This document shows positions 26,414-36,443 of a stretch of DNA of 63,011 nucleotides, piece after piece (position 1 is the first letter of the stretch; each line of letters begins with the position of its first letter). Below the pieces are notes generated by a model that worked only from the letters and a program-made list of their open reading frames with translations, made no database searches and had not been told where the DNA came from. This DNA comes from an uncultured Desulfobacterales bacterium (GTDB lineage Bacteria > Desulfobacterota > Desulfobacteria > Desulfobacterales > JAUVVS01). The stretch lies in the NCBI GenBank assembly GCA_964561845.1, contig CAZLRK010000002.1:1-63011 (forward strand), given 5' to 3'. The translations under genes were made by a program, and so were the position numbers.

Positions 26414-28792
26414 TTATTCAGGCAGCATTTTTAAATAATATTTCTGATCGTTCATGACACTATTTTCATCCAGCACGAAAGGCCGGTATTTAATTTTACG
26501 CCAAAGCTCTGCCTGATCGTCGAAATGCGGGCTCATAAAGTTTCCGGAGATTCCGGCCGGTATTACCCGAAACGAATTCTTACGATTCGCGAAATCGGTA
26601 ATATAACGTAACGAAGCTCCACTTTTGATATTCCAGAGATTATCCTCATTCATATTATAGGCCTGAGGATTAACTGTCGAGAAACTACCGCCGATTGGAA
26701 AAGGACCGATGTTAAGGAAATGTGCCATTACGGCGGAAGATCTACCAAATGGATGTTTTAGGGTTATAGTGTGAATTTCACCCCATTTCCAGTCTTTTAT
26801 ATTAGAACTCATATTATTCTCCAGATATTCAACAGCCTCCCTGAAACTCAAAGTGATAACATCCTTGAAGTTTTCCCTGGCAGTAGTATCAGGATCATCG
26901 AACCAGTCAGCATTGCCGTGATTAACCAGATTACGCATCGAATTAAACACCATAAATTTATTTTTGATATACTGCTTATACAGCTCGTCACCCAGCCTTT
27001 TCTTAAACGTATTTTTTACTATGAAATTTATGGTAGCATGGAAGATTGTCGGTGCAACCTGATTGGCGCTGGCAACCATATCCCAGTTTTCGAGTACAGT
27101 TAACGACTGCTGCTCATTATCGGATAATTTGACGACTCGCATTGCTTCAAGAAAAAGAGGAACCCATTCTCTAGCCAGTACAACAAAATAATCGCCCTGT
27201 ATCTTCTTAAAATCATCAACTCCAAGTTTATCTTTGGCGGTCAGCATTTCTTTAATTCTGACATAACGGTCCGGCATGGCGTAATAATGCGATATGGAAT
27301 GGGGATAGTCATCGCTTACATGTTTGTTATTAGCGGTAGCTATCCAACCTCTTTCCGGATTTCTCATATGAGGCTGCTGATCTGTCGGTACATAACCCTG
27401 CCATTCGTACTGCCCATCCCAGCCGGGAACAGGCAGGGAGCCTGAGAAACCATTGCGGATTGGAATAGCAACCGCCGCCCAGAAACCGATATTGCCTTTG
27501 TCATCGGCATAAACCCAATTCTGACCAGGACATTTAAAATGTTCAGCCGCCTTTTCAATATCATAAATATCTTTCGCGACATTCAAGTCGTGAAAAGCCT
27601 TGACTTTTAATTGTTCATAAGCTGTCCAGCGCATAGCCAGGGCAGTGCCTTCAGGTTCTTTGTAGTCATTAACAGAATTAATTATCGGACCGTGGCGTGT
27701 CAGCTTGATTGTTAAGTTTACTTCCTGACCACCTTTGATCTTGATAGTCTCGTTTTTTACTCTCATATTTTCCCATTTTCCTTTATACAGATACTGGTCA
27801 GGATTATTAGGATTGATTTTCTCAATATAAAAATCAGCGTCATCCGCCATGACGTTGGTAAAACCCCAAGCTACATGTTGATTGGCGCCTATTACAGCAA
27901 ATGGATTACCGGGTATGTAGCACCCTGACACATTCAGAGACGGTGTTATAATGTGCGCCTCGTACCAGATTCCGGGAATACCGTGACCCAGATGTGGATC
28001 GTTGGCCATAATGGGTTGCCCGGTTATTGACTTTTTCCCTGAGATAACCCAGCTATTGCTCGCTCCACCGCCAACTGTTCCCAGATAACTTCTGGCCAGA
28101 TTGAGAGTCTTCAAGAAATTAAGAGCAGCCGTCCCTTCGGGGAGGATCGTTGGATACCCTTTCGGATAAGATGGAAAAATCTGAGATGCCAATTTATGTC
28201 CGACTTTTCTAACAACAGCGGCGTTCAGCATTTCATGATCAAAAGCGCCGTTGAGGTCCCAGGCCATATAGTAATGGACTGCCGCGGCATCAGTATAATC
28301 CCAGGGTTCCGGCTGATATCCCAGGATCTTAAACTCTATAGGTAAAGTCCCTTTATGGTTTTTCAGGTAATAATTAACACCATCCGTATAAGCTTTCATG
28401 GCGACTAATACTTCATCCGGGTATTCTTCGACAATCTCTTCCACCGTTTTGTTTGCGGTAATGGTTCTGAACAGTTTATCAACTGGAACCAGAGATTTTC
28501 CTAGAACTTCGGCCAGTTTTCCCCTGGCTGCCCGTCGAACGATATCCATATGGAACAAACGATCTTGTGCCATACTATATCCCAGAGCATAAAAGCCGTC
28601 TTGATCAGTTTTGGCATATATATGCGGCATTCCATATGAGTCACGAATGATCTCCACCTCCCGTGCTAATCCCGGAACAGTAATTTTTCCATCATAATCA
28701 GGCAAGGTTGATCTGAGATAGCCGTAAATCCCAGCCAAACTGATTGCAATCACACCTACAACAATCCCAAGAATCCATTTTATGACTTTCAT
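26414..28792 (-). CDS. Penicillin acylase family Ntn-hydrolase (acyl-homoserine-lactone acylase-like)
   Basis: 792-aa ORF with N-terminal signal/anchor. DRLFHMD and GGASNSW (Ser nucleophile after the spacer) are typical of PvdQ/QuiP/PGA relatives. Confidence 0.85.
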   Translation of the reverse strand: MKVIKWILGIVVGVIAISLAGIYGYLRSTLPDYDGKITVPGLAREVEIIRDSYGMPHIYAKTDQDGFYALGYSMAQDRLFHMDIVRRAARGKLAEVLGKSLVPVDKLFRTITANKTVEEIVEEYPDEVLVAMKAYTDGVNYYLKNHKGTLPIEFKILGYQPEPWDYTDAAAVHYYMAWDLNGAFDHEMLNAAVVRKVGHKLASQIFPSYPKGYPTILPEGTAALNFLKTLNLARSYLGTVGGGASNSWVISGKKSITGQPIMANDPHLGHGIPGIWYEAHIITPSLNVSGCYIPGNPFAVIGANQHVAWGFTNVMADDADFYIEKINPNNPDQYLYKGKWENMRVKNETIKIKGGQEVNLTIKLTRHGPIINSVNDYKEPEGTALAMRWTAYEQLKVKAFHDLNVAKDIYDIEKAAEHFKCPGQNWVYADDKGNIGFWAAVAIPIRNGFSGSLPVPGWDGQYEWQGYVPTDQQPHMRNPERGWIATANNKHVSDDYPHSISHYYAMPDRYVRIKEMLTAKDKLGVDDFKKIQGDYFVVLAREWVPLFLEAMRVVKLSDNEQQSLTVLENWDMVASANQVAPTIFHATINFIVKNTFKKRLGDELYKQYIKNKFMVFNSMRNLVNHGNADWFDDPDTTARENFKDVITLSFREAVEYLENNMSSNIKDWKWGEIHTITLKHPFGRSSAVMAHFLNIGPFPIGGSFSTVNPQAYNMNEDNLWNIKSGASLRYITDFANRKNSFRVIPAGISGNFMSPHFDDQAELWRKIKYRPFVLDENSVMNDQKYYLKMLPE

Positions 28793-28811
28793 TTTTTCCC
28801 CTTATTATAAG

Positions 28812-29717
28812 TTACCATACACCAGTAATTAAACTCACACCAACTGCAACTATAACAGCCGCACCTACTCGTTGTTGCCAGGGCCGTTCCCCAAGCAAAA
28901 AAGTTCCAATCAAAGCTGCAATAATTACGCTCGATTCGCGAAGAGCTGAAACGGCGGCCATCGGAGCAAATTTAACAGCGTAAATGACAATGCCATACGC
29001 AAACATAGAACTTATGCCGGTGCCGGTAAAATGCTTCCATTCGCGTCGCAACAAAGATATTATCCTACCTCTACGCCGATAAAAAGCAAACAAGACAACC
29101 GGGAACTCAAGGAAAAACAACCAAGCAATATAGCCGAAAGGACTACCAGACAAGCGAACGCCAATTCCATCTGTAACTGTATATCCTGCAATGATCGTCC
29201 CGGTGCCTATTGCAATAAAAAGAGCTGCCGGGTTATTCTTCAGCGGTGACTCCTGAAGAAATGCGATACTAGCTATACCCGCAGAAGCAACTGACACTCC
29301 AATATAAGACGGTAGTGACAATATCTCATTCCCAAATATGGCAGCGCCAATTGCAACCAGCACGGGTGCGAGCCCGCGAGCAAGAGGATAAACCTGACTC
29401 AGATCACCAAATCGATACATCTGGAAAAGAAATGCGTAATAGATATAATGAAATAGCGTAGACAAGCCGATAGCCGGCCAGCTTGCCATATCCGGAGTAG
29501 ACACGATAGGGATGACCAGAGCCCCTGTCAAGGATTGAGCAAATGCGACGGCGGAGATAACGAGCAGCCTATCCGAAGCTGTTTTTACCAGCGCATTCCA
29601 TCCTGCATGAAGAAAAGCCGCTGACAAAACCAGTATCGCAATTTCAATTGTCACCGTGATACTCCTAATTTGAGACCTTTGAAAAATGCTTCCCGCCAAA
29701 GCGGGATTCAAGTTCAA
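28812..29717 (-). CDS. EamA/DMT family transporter
   Basis: About 10-TM ORF with two EamA-like halves. Start uncertain. Confidence 0.75.
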   Translation of the reverse strand: MNLNPALAGSIFQRSQIRSITVTIEIAILVLSAAFLHAGWNALVKTASDRLLVISAVAFAQSLTGALVIPIVSTPDMASWPAIGLSTLFHYIYYAFLFQMYRFGDLSQVYPLARGLAPVLVAIGAAIFGNEILSLPSYIGVSVASAGIASIAFLQESPLKNNPAALFIAIGTGTIIAGYTVTDGIGVRLSGSPFGYIAWLFFLEFPVVLFAFYRRRGRIISLLRREWKHFTGTGISSMFAYGIVIYAVKFAPMAAVSALRESSVIIAALIGTFLLGERPWQQRVGAAVIVAVGVSLITGVW

Positions 29718-29754
29718 AACAGGCGATCCGCCTCAGACGGCTTAACTCTTACCA

Positions 29755-31428
29755 TCATTTTAATGATTCCATCCCATATACCCAGTCAAAGGTGCCACCA
29801 GTGAGCGTTTTAACCCGCTTGAAGCCATTCATGGCCATAATACGATTTCCGAGATAAGAGCGCAACCCTTGAGCGCAGTAAAGGATTGTTTCATTCTCTG
29901 GGTCCAACTCTCCCAGGCGGCTGCGCAAGTCGTCAACGGGAATGTGGATTGCCCCCGATAAAATTCCCGTTTTTCCCACTTCCTGTCGCGTGCGGAGATC
30001 TACAAGGGCAAAAGAGTCTCCCCTCTCCATTTTTTCCTTAAGCTCATGGGGGGTGATGGGATTCCAATCACCTTGAAAATAATTTTGACCCACGGCCCCG
30101 GCAATCACCACTGGGTCACGGGCGCCGGAGTAAGGCGGAGCATAGGCAAGATCCAGATGGAGCAGATCCTCCAGACTCATACTGTTGTAGATGGCAGTGG
30201 CAATAACATCAATACGTTTATCCACTCCCTCTTTGCCGATGATTTGGGTCCCGAGTAGCCTACCACTGTTGCGGTCCGATACGGTCTTAATAGAAAGAGG
30301 TTTACTCCCGGGGTAGTAGCCGGCATGGTGGCCAGGATGCACGTAAGTGACTAGTGGGGTAAATCCCTCTTTAAGAGCGTCCTTTTCCGTCAAACCGGTC
30401 TTGGCCACGGTGAGGTCAAATACCTTCACAATAACCGTGCCCGTAAAACCCTTAATGGCCAAACGGCGGCCCATTGCATTAGCTCCCGCAGCACGTCCCT
30501 GTTTGTTAGCTGCCGAACCCATAGGGGTAAGCGTGGGTTTGCCGGTTATCAGGTTTATGGTTTCGATGCAGTCGCCGGCGGCAAAAATATCCGGATCACT
30601 GGTTTGCATGAACTCGTTGACTTTTATTCCGCCTGTTGTACCAATCTCTAAACCCGCTGGCTTTGCAAGGTCAGTATTGGGTCGAATTCCCATGGCCAGC
30701 AAAACCAGATCTACGGGAATCTCTCTGCCTTTATCTGTGATGACAAGGGCATGCCCGTCACGCTGCTCAATGGCTTTAAGTCCCTCAGAGAGACGAAGAT
30801 CGACACCCTTGCGCTGCACGTGCTGTCGAACCATCTCTGCCATCTCCCAATCCATAAAGGTCAGAAGCTGCGGAGCAAACTCCACCACCGTTGTTTTGAT
30901 GCCTTTCAACACAAGATTCTCCATGACCTCCACACCGATGAGTCCACCCCCGACCACCACGGCGCTTCGAGGGTTTTTTGCCTCTAGATACTCAAAGATC
31001 CGGTCGGTGTCTTCAAGGGTTTTGAGCGTGAAGACAAAGGGGAGCTCTGTGCCAGGTAAAGGCGGGATAATTGCATGAGAACCGGGGGCCAGGATGAGGC
31101 GGTCATAGGACTCCTCTTCTGTCTCTCCTGTGTCGAGTTTCTTGACGATGACTTGCTTACGCGCCCTATCGATGCTGAGAACTTCGGTTCTAGTGCGGGC
31201 GTCCACCTTGAAACGACGACGGAAGAACTTGGCGGTAGTAATAAGGAGGTCGTCTCTCTTTTTGATCACCCCGGAGAGATAGTAAGGGAGGCCACAATTA
31301 GCATAAGATATATCTGGCCCCTTTTCGTACATGATGATCTCAACATCCTCGCTGCAGCGGCGTGCCTTGGCTGCAGCCGAAGCCCCACCAGCAACTCCTC
31401 CCACAATAACCAGTTTGTTTACCTTCAT
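29755..31428 (-). CDS. CoA-disulfide reductase / NADH oxidase family flavoprotein with C-terminal rhodanese domain
   Basis: VIVGGVAGGASAA, redox Cys in SYANCGLPYY and C-terminal rhodanese with YCAQGLRS active-site loop. Confidence 0.88.
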   Translation of the reverse strand: MKVNKLVIVGGVAGGASAAAKARRCSEDVEIIMYEKGPDISYANCGLPYYLSGVIKKRDDLLITTAKFFRRRFKVDARTRTEVLSIDRARKQVIVKKLDTGETEEESYDRLILAPGSHAIIPPLPGTELPFVFTLKTLEDTDRIFEYLEAKNPRSAVVVGGGLIGVEVMENLVLKGIKTTVVEFAPQLLTFMDWEMAEMVRQHVQRKGVDLRLSEGLKAIEQRDGHALVITDKGREIPVDLVLLAMGIRPNTDLAKPAGLEIGTTGGIKVNEFMQTSDPDIFAAGDCIETINLITGKPTLTPMGSAANKQGRAAGANAMGRRLAIKGFTGTVIVKVFDLTVAKTGLTEKDALKEGFTPLVTYVHPGHHAGYYPGSKPLSIKTVSDRNSGRLLGTQIIGKEGVDKRIDVIATAIYNSMSLEDLLHLDLAYAPPYSGARDPVVIAGAVGQNYFQGDWNPITPHELKEKMERGDSFALVDLRTRQEVGKTGILSGAIHIPVDDLRSRLGELDPENETILYCAQGLRSYLGNRIMAMNGFKRVKTLTGGTFDWVYGMESLK

Positions 31429-31471
31429 AGGAAGTATCCTCTCCTCTCTCTTGTCATTTCACCTTATTACA

Positions 31472-31783
31472 AACAATAACATTCCGAATAACCAAAGCGG
31501 GCTTTATTGTCAATATCGATTTTTTGTGGTGAAATTGAGATTTTAGGCAAATTCGAGTCTGCCGTCGGATTTGCCTGCGGCTGGATTTTTTTTAAAGGTA
31601 GGCTTCAATCGGATAATCGTAACGATCAGATGCGTGGTTCGCGATATAGGGAGATTCGCTGAAAACCAAATTAAAATGCTACAGGAGGAGTGTTTCAACA
31701 AATCAATAGATGCCTTAACCCATTGTTTTTTATCTAAATTTATTTTAATGAATTTTCTTGACATAAGGATTATAGAATGTCCC
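31472..31783 (+). repeat. R-family mosaic repeat, copy R1 (modules B-C1-D; the D 3-prime half is diverged)
   Basis: Aligns by eye to 61308-61618. Shares gggctttattgtcaatatcgatttttt..gaaattgagattttaggcaaattcga..ggataatcgtaacgatcagatgcgtggttcg.gatatagggagattcgc and ends ..cttgacataaggattatagaatgtccc. Confidence 0.9.
31485..31513 (-). promoter_or_regulatory. Candidate sigma-70 promoter inside R1 module B (TTGACA-17-TATTCG) facing the CoADR operon
   Basis: Minus strand reads TTGACAataaagcccgctttggtTATTCG, about 55 nt upstream of the 31428 start, which has a GGAGAGG Shine-Dalgarno. Confidence 0.4.
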
Positions 31784-31908
31784 GTTTTCCGCTCTGCCAG
31801 TATCCGACCCTGCTTAACGGCCACAGCTTGGGCTCGCGGTTTTTTCGGGTTTACGGTACTGATGTTGGCGCCGGTCAAAATCAAATCAGCTTTCAGATCG
31901 ATTAGCAT
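31784..31908 (-). pseudogene. N-terminal remnant (about 40 codons) of an amidohydrolase-family gene, cut at the R1 border
   Basis: MLIDLKADLILTGANISTVNPKKPRAQAVAVKQGRILA is a typical Amidohydro_3 N-terminus. The rest of track ORF 31543-31908 is read-through into the repeat. Confidence 0.65.
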
Positions 31909-32016
31909 CTATTTACTCCCATCAGCATTCAAAATTCATTCGCCTTGGTTAACAAGCCATACGTTGTATGATTTCGGTAGATTTGTGACAGACAAAAGTG
32001 AGGCTCGATCCCCACA

Positions 32017-33003
32017 TCATCGCAGATGGCAGGCGGCATAGTGCGTCGCTCCAACTTCTATCATTGGCGGCTGCTCCTCACGGCAAACCCGCACAGCGTG
32101 GGGACAGCGGGTCCGAAAGGGACAGCCGGACGGTGGATTTTCGGGGTTGGGGATGTCCCCCTTTAGTATCGTTCGCTCCACTGCCGCTTTAGGATTCGGA
32201 ATCGGGATAGCTGACAACAAGGCTTTCGTGTAAGGATGGCGGGGATCACGATATATGCGTTGACTCGGCGCTATTTCTACGATTTTCCCCAGATACATGA
32301 TCGCTACCCGATCGGAGATGTGCTCAACAACGGCCAAATCATGCGAGATAAACAGATAGGACATTTGAAATTCGTCTTGTAATTTTGCCAGCAGATTTAT
32401 GATTTGGGCCTGAATGGAAACATCCAAGGCTGAAACCGGTTCATCGGCAATAATCAATTTGGGATTTAGGTTGAGTACCCGTGCAATACCGATGCGCTGG
32501 CGCTGTCCTCCGCTGAATTCATGTGGAAAACGCCTACTGTAAATAGGTTCCAGACCCACTTTTTCCAGCATCTCGGAAATCCTGTTCGAACGATCATTTT
32601 TTGACCCGATGTTGTGGACCTTTAATGGCTCACCGACGATATCCCCCACGGTCATCCTCGGATTTAGTGAGGCAAACGGGTCCTGAAAGATCATTTGAAC
32701 ATTTCGACGAAATTGTTTTATTTCTTGTTTTTCAAACTTCGCTACATCCTTGTCCTCAAAGTTGATCACACCCGCGGTCGGCTCGATGAGTCTCAAAATA
32801 GCTCGTCCGGTTGTCGTTTTACCACAACCTGATTCACCTACCAGGCCCAGGGTTTCGCCCTTTTGCAGCGAAAAACTAACGCCGCCGACCGCATGCACAA
32901 AACGCTGCGTCTGAAAGAAGCGTGTCTTTTTCAGGGGAAAACTTTTCACTAAATTTTTGACATCTAATAAAATATTATTCATTGTGCGCCTCGACGAAGA
33001 CAA
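32017..33003 (-). CDS. Oligopeptide/dipeptide ABC transporter ATP-binding protein (OppF/DppF-like)
   Basis: [17 protein letters not shown] and C-terminal oligopeptide-type extension with CPF..RCP Cys motif. Confidence 0.88.
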   Translation of the reverse strand: MSSSRRTMNNILLDVKNLVKSFPLKKTRFFQTQRFVHAVGGVSFSLQKGETLGLVGESGCGKTTTGRAILRLIEPTAGVINFEDKDVAKFEKQEIKQFRRNVQMIFQDPFASLNPRMTVGDIVGEPLKVHNIGSKNDRSNRISEMLEKVGLEPIYSRRFPHEFSGGQRQRIGIARVLNLNPKLIIADEPVSALDVSIQAQIINLLAKLQDEFQMSYLFISHDLAVVEHISDRVAIMYLGKIVEIAPSQRIYRDPRHPYTKALLSAIPIPNPKAAVERTILKGDIPNPENPPSGCPFRTRCPHAVRVCREEQPPMIEVGATHYAACHLR

Positions 33004-34019
33004 GCAACCAGATGGCCGACTTCAATTTCTCTCAGCTGCGGTCTTTCATTTCGACACCGATCGATCATTTCGAGACAGCGATCCGCAAATTTGCAGCCCC
33101 GAATGTTCAGATACGGGGCCGGAACAACACCTTTGATTTCTTCTAAAAACTTTTCTTTGCGACCCAGAACCGGCAGAGATTGCATCAACGCAATGGTATA
33201 GGGATGGCCCGGCCTTTCAAAAAGATCTTCAACATCGGCTTCTTCTACTTTTTCCCCGGCATACATCACCACCACGCGTTGGGCACTTTTGGCAATGATA
33301 CCAAGATCGTGGGTAATCAAAATCATCGCCATTCCAAATTTCTCTTTTAAGCGCAGAATGAGATCCAGGATCTGCGCTTGGATCGTGACATCCAAGGCGG
33401 TCGTAGGCTCATCGGCAATTAAAACACTTGGATTGCATCCTAAAGCCATGGCGATCATGGCGCGTTGGCGCATACCGCCGCTCAACTCGTGTGGATATGA
33501 TTTCAAGATTCTATGGGGGGAAGGTATCTCGCAGGCGGCGAGAATGTCTATCGATCGTTGTCTGGCTTTTTTTTTCGGCAATTTTTGATGAAGGGTAAAC
33601 ACCTTTGACAGCTGAAAGCCGATGGTAAATAGCGGATTCAGCGAGGTCATGGGTTCCTGGAAGATCATAGAAATCCGGTTACCCCTGATTTCTCTCATCT
33701 TACGCATCGGGAGTTCCAGGAGATTTTGGCCCTCAAAATGAATTGCACCGGATTCGATTGCCCCAGGTGGGATCGGTATCAGGCGCAGGATGGACAAGGC
33801 GCTGACACTTTTCCCGCACCCGGATTCACCCACGACACCCAGCGTTTCGCCTGGGTAAACGTTATAGCTCACACCGTCAACGGCTTTGGCTATTCCATCC
33901 GCGGTGTGAAAATGGATTCGGAGATCCTTTACGGATAGAACGGATTCATTTCTTCTATTTATGTCAACCATTTGTAATAAATAAACCTTAAAAATTAGGC
34001 CGTTGCCTGGCGAAGACAT
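32979..34019 (-). CDS. Oligopeptide/dipeptide ABC transporter ATP-binding protein (OppD/DppD-like)
   Basis: [26 protein letters not shown] and C-terminal C..RC motif. The ATG is 1 nt after the upstream gene stop. Confidence 0.88.
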   Translation of the reverse strand: MSSPGNGLIFKVYLLQMVDINRRNESVLSVKDLRIHFHTADGIAKAVDGVSYNVYPGETLGVVGESGCGKSVSALSILRLIPIPPGAIESGAIHFEGQNLLELPMRKMREIRGNRISMIFQEPMTSLNPLFTIGFQLSKVFTLHQKLPKKKARQRSIDILAACEIPSPHRILKSYPHELSGGMRQRAMIAMALGCNPSVLIADEPTTALDVTIQAQILDLILRLKEKFGMAMILITHDLGIIAKSAQRVVVMYAGEKVEEADVEDLFERPGHPYTIALMQSLPVLGRKEKFLEEIKGVVPAPYLNIRGCKFADRCLEMIDRCRNERPQLREIEVGHLVACLRRGAQ

Positions 34020-34020
34020 G

Positions 34021-34923
34021 TCAGGCTTTCTGGAACCGCCATCTAATTTTCGGATCCAACGCTTCTCTGATGCCGTCGCCGACCAGATTGAATGCCAAAA
34101 CAGTAAAAAAGATAGCCGCCCCTGAAAACGTTGATATCCACCATTGTTTCATAAAAAACTCGCGCCCGTCACTGACCATCACCCCCCAATCCGCTGTCGG
34201 TGGCTGCGTTCCGAGCCCCAAGAATCCCAATGCGGCAATTGCTAAAATAATGTACCCCATATCCAAAGTCGCTTGTACAATAATCGGCGACAAACAATTG
34301 GGCAGAATGTGACGAAACATGATTCGCCAACGCGAGGCACCGATAGCTCTTGCCGATTCAACGAACTGCATCTCTTTAAGCGATATGACCTGGCTACGCA
34401 TCAGGCGTGTGTACCAGGGCCACCACGGCAATGAGATAGCTATCAATGCATTTATCAGGCTTGGGCCAAGCGAAGCGACAATGGCAATGGCCAGGAGCAG
34501 CGATGGAAAGGCAAGAATCATATCTGCAAAGCGCATGACAACTTCATCTATCTTTCCGCCGAAAAATCCGGCAATCAATCCCAGCGGAACACCGATGGCA
34601 ACCACAATCATCACAACCACCATCGCAGCTTTTAATGAAATACGTGCACCAAAAAAAATGCGGCTTAAAATATCCCGTCCCAAATTATCTGTGCCGAGAG
34701 GGTGCTTGAAAGAGGGTGCGACCAGTCTTTCATTAAGATTCGAGAGACCTTTTCCTTGTTCCGGATAGGGTGCAAAATAAGGTGCGCAAACGGCGGTTAT
34801 TGTTAGGCCGAATATAACGACCAATCCAAAAGTTGTCAGAGGATTATTCAATATGAGGTTAATACTCCTGAATAGCTCTCTGCTTTTTCTTCTTTGTCGC
34901 CGCTGCACTTGATTATTTTTCAT
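34021..34923 (-). CDS. Peptide ABC transporter permease (DppC/OppC-like)
   Basis: 300-aa ORF. N-terminal OppC_N-like region (PLGTDNLGRDILSR) and BPD_transp_1 core. Confidence 0.85.
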   Translation of the reverse strand: MKNNQVQRRQRRKSRELFRSINLILNNPLTTFGLVVIFGLTITAVCAPYFAPYPEQGKGLSNLNERLVAPSFKHPLGTDNLGRDILSRIFFGARISLKAAMVVVMIVVAIGVPLGLIAGFFGGKIDEVVMRFADMILAFPSLLLAIAIVASLGPSLINALIAISLPWWPWYTRLMRSQVISLKEMQFVESARAIGASRWRIMFRHILPNCLSPIIVQATLDMGYIILAIAALGFLGLGTQPPTADWGVMVSDGREFFMKQWWISTFSGAAIFFTVLAFNLVGDGIREALDPKIRWRFQKA

Positions 34924-34937
34924 ATTCAGATTCTTTA

Positions 34938-35957
34938 TTATTCAAGCCGTATTCGTGGATCAACGAGCGCTATGAGAACATCGACAATTAAATTCACCAC
35001 CACATAAAAAAAAGCCATCAGCAAGGTGACCCCCATAATAACCGGATAGTCATTGAGTAGAATGGCGTTTGTTATATATTTGCCGATACCCGGCCAGAAA
35101 AAAATGAGTTCAATATAAAAGGTTCCTATCAGCATGGCGGCAAAACACAGACCTGCAGTCGTTAAGGTGGGCGCAAGGGCATTTCTTAGTCCCTGAACGA
35201 AAAGGATTTCTTTTTCCGAAACGCCTACGGATCGTGCCGTTGTGATGTAATCCTCACGTAGCACCTCAAGCATGGTGGAGCGGGTCATGCGTGCAATCAG
35301 CCCTGTCGAGTAGGCAGCCAGTGTCATCGTCGGTAGTATTAAATGCCAAACAGCATCTTTCAAGGCCGGCCAATTGCCCGTCACCAATGCATCGATGGTA
35401 TAAAATCCCGTAATCTTCTCAATGGGATTTACCAGGCCGACAACGGTGTCGAGGCGTCCGCCGATGGGCAAAATGCCCAACAACCGAAAAAAAATAATCT
35501 GCAAGATCATGGCCAGCCAAAAGGACGGTAAAGATATGCTCGCTACGGCAAATAGGCGGTTGAAATGATCAATGGCTGTATTTTCTTTTTTGGCAGAGAT
35601 AACCCCCAAAGGAATTCCGACGAACAATGCCACCATGATCGCACCGAACATCAATTCCAGAGAGGCGGGCAGATGATCCATGATACCGACCATCACCGGT
35701 CTGTGGGTCCGCAGAGATTCACCTAAATTTCCTTGGGTAAGGTCTCTCAGATAATACAAGAATTGGACGTAAAGGGGTTGATCAAGCCCCAGCTGGGTTC
35801 GGACCATTTCGACTTGTTCGGCTTTGGCCCGGGGCCCCAAATAGAGTGCCGCCGGATCCCCAGGGACAACCCGCGAGAGAATAAAAGTGATGGCACACAG
35901 TCCTAAGAGGACAAAAATGAGCCACGTGGCGCGTCTGAGAATAAATCGAAGCATCAA
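34938..35957 (-). CDS. Peptide ABC transporter permease (DppB/OppB-like)
   Basis: 339-aa ORF. The MLRFILRR.. N-terminus and EDYI.TAR..G motif are typical of DppB. Confidence 0.85.
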   Translation of the reverse strand: MMLRFILRRATWLIFVLLGLCAITFILSRVVPGDPAALYLGPRAKAEQVEMVRTQLGLDQPLYVQFLYYLRDLTQGNLGESLRTHRPVMVGIMDHLPASLELMFGAIMVALFVGIPLGVISAKKENTAIDHFNRLFAVASISLPSFWLAMILQIIFFRLLGILPIGGRLDTVVGLVNPIEKITGFYTIDALVTGNWPALKDAVWHLILPTMTLAAYSTGLIARMTRSTMLEVLREDYITTARSVGVSEKEILFVQGLRNALAPTLTTAGLCFAAMLIGTFYIELIFFWPGIGKYITNAILLNDYPVIMGVTLLMAFFYVVVNLIVDVLIALVDPRIRLE

Positions 35958-36407
35958 ATTGAGCCCGTTTGATATCTTAACTTATTGTAATTATTAATTA
36001 CTATCATAGTCTTTCTGGAAAGTAACTCAATACGACTCTGAAAAATGAAGAAAATAAGAGAATTTAAGAGATTGATGGCATAGAACCGCAAAAAGTAACC
36101 CAAGACCTCAAAATTCTGTTTGAAGGTAAGAATTCCTATCATTTCAAGTATTTTATTCGAGTTTGTGTTGTGATGGTTTTGCTGTCGATCGAGAACTCAG
36201 CGAAAAACCGGCTAAGATCAATATCTATAGCAAAGCCATCGGTATCAGTCAACACGAGATTCCCGCGCACAACACGTTTCACACACTCCGCCAACGCTTG
36301 GGGCCGGATTGAACAGGCTCAAATTAGGGACGGTTCAGGCAAGCAAAGAATTCTGGTGCCTGTTTACGGATAATTAATAAAATATGCCAATTGTGCAACC
36401 GCAAAAT

Positions 36408-36435
36408 GGAGGTGATGGATAACGCCACCACCTCC
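36408..36435 (-). terminator. Intrinsic-terminator-like hairpin just after the substrate-binding-protein gene
   Basis: Minus strand reads GGAGGTG-gtggcgttatccat-CACCTCC followed by ATTTTG, 9 nt after the stop at 36444. It may attenuate read-through into the permease genes. Confidence 0.5.
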
Positions 36436-36443
36436 ATTGAGTT

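Noticed and set aside
31543-31908. The 121-aa track ORF as an intact gene
   Set aside because: Only the first 40 or so codons look like a real amidohydrolase N-terminus. The remainder is translation of repeat R1, which recurs elsewhere in non-coding contexts.
36143-36400. A gene or pseudogene in the 486-bp spacer between the peptide-binding-protein gene and dppB-like gene (track ORFs 35954-36142 and 36170-36373)
   Set aside because: Translations in all frames lack recognisable motifs or contain stops. The spacer more likely holds the terminator/attenuator hairpin and an internal promoter.
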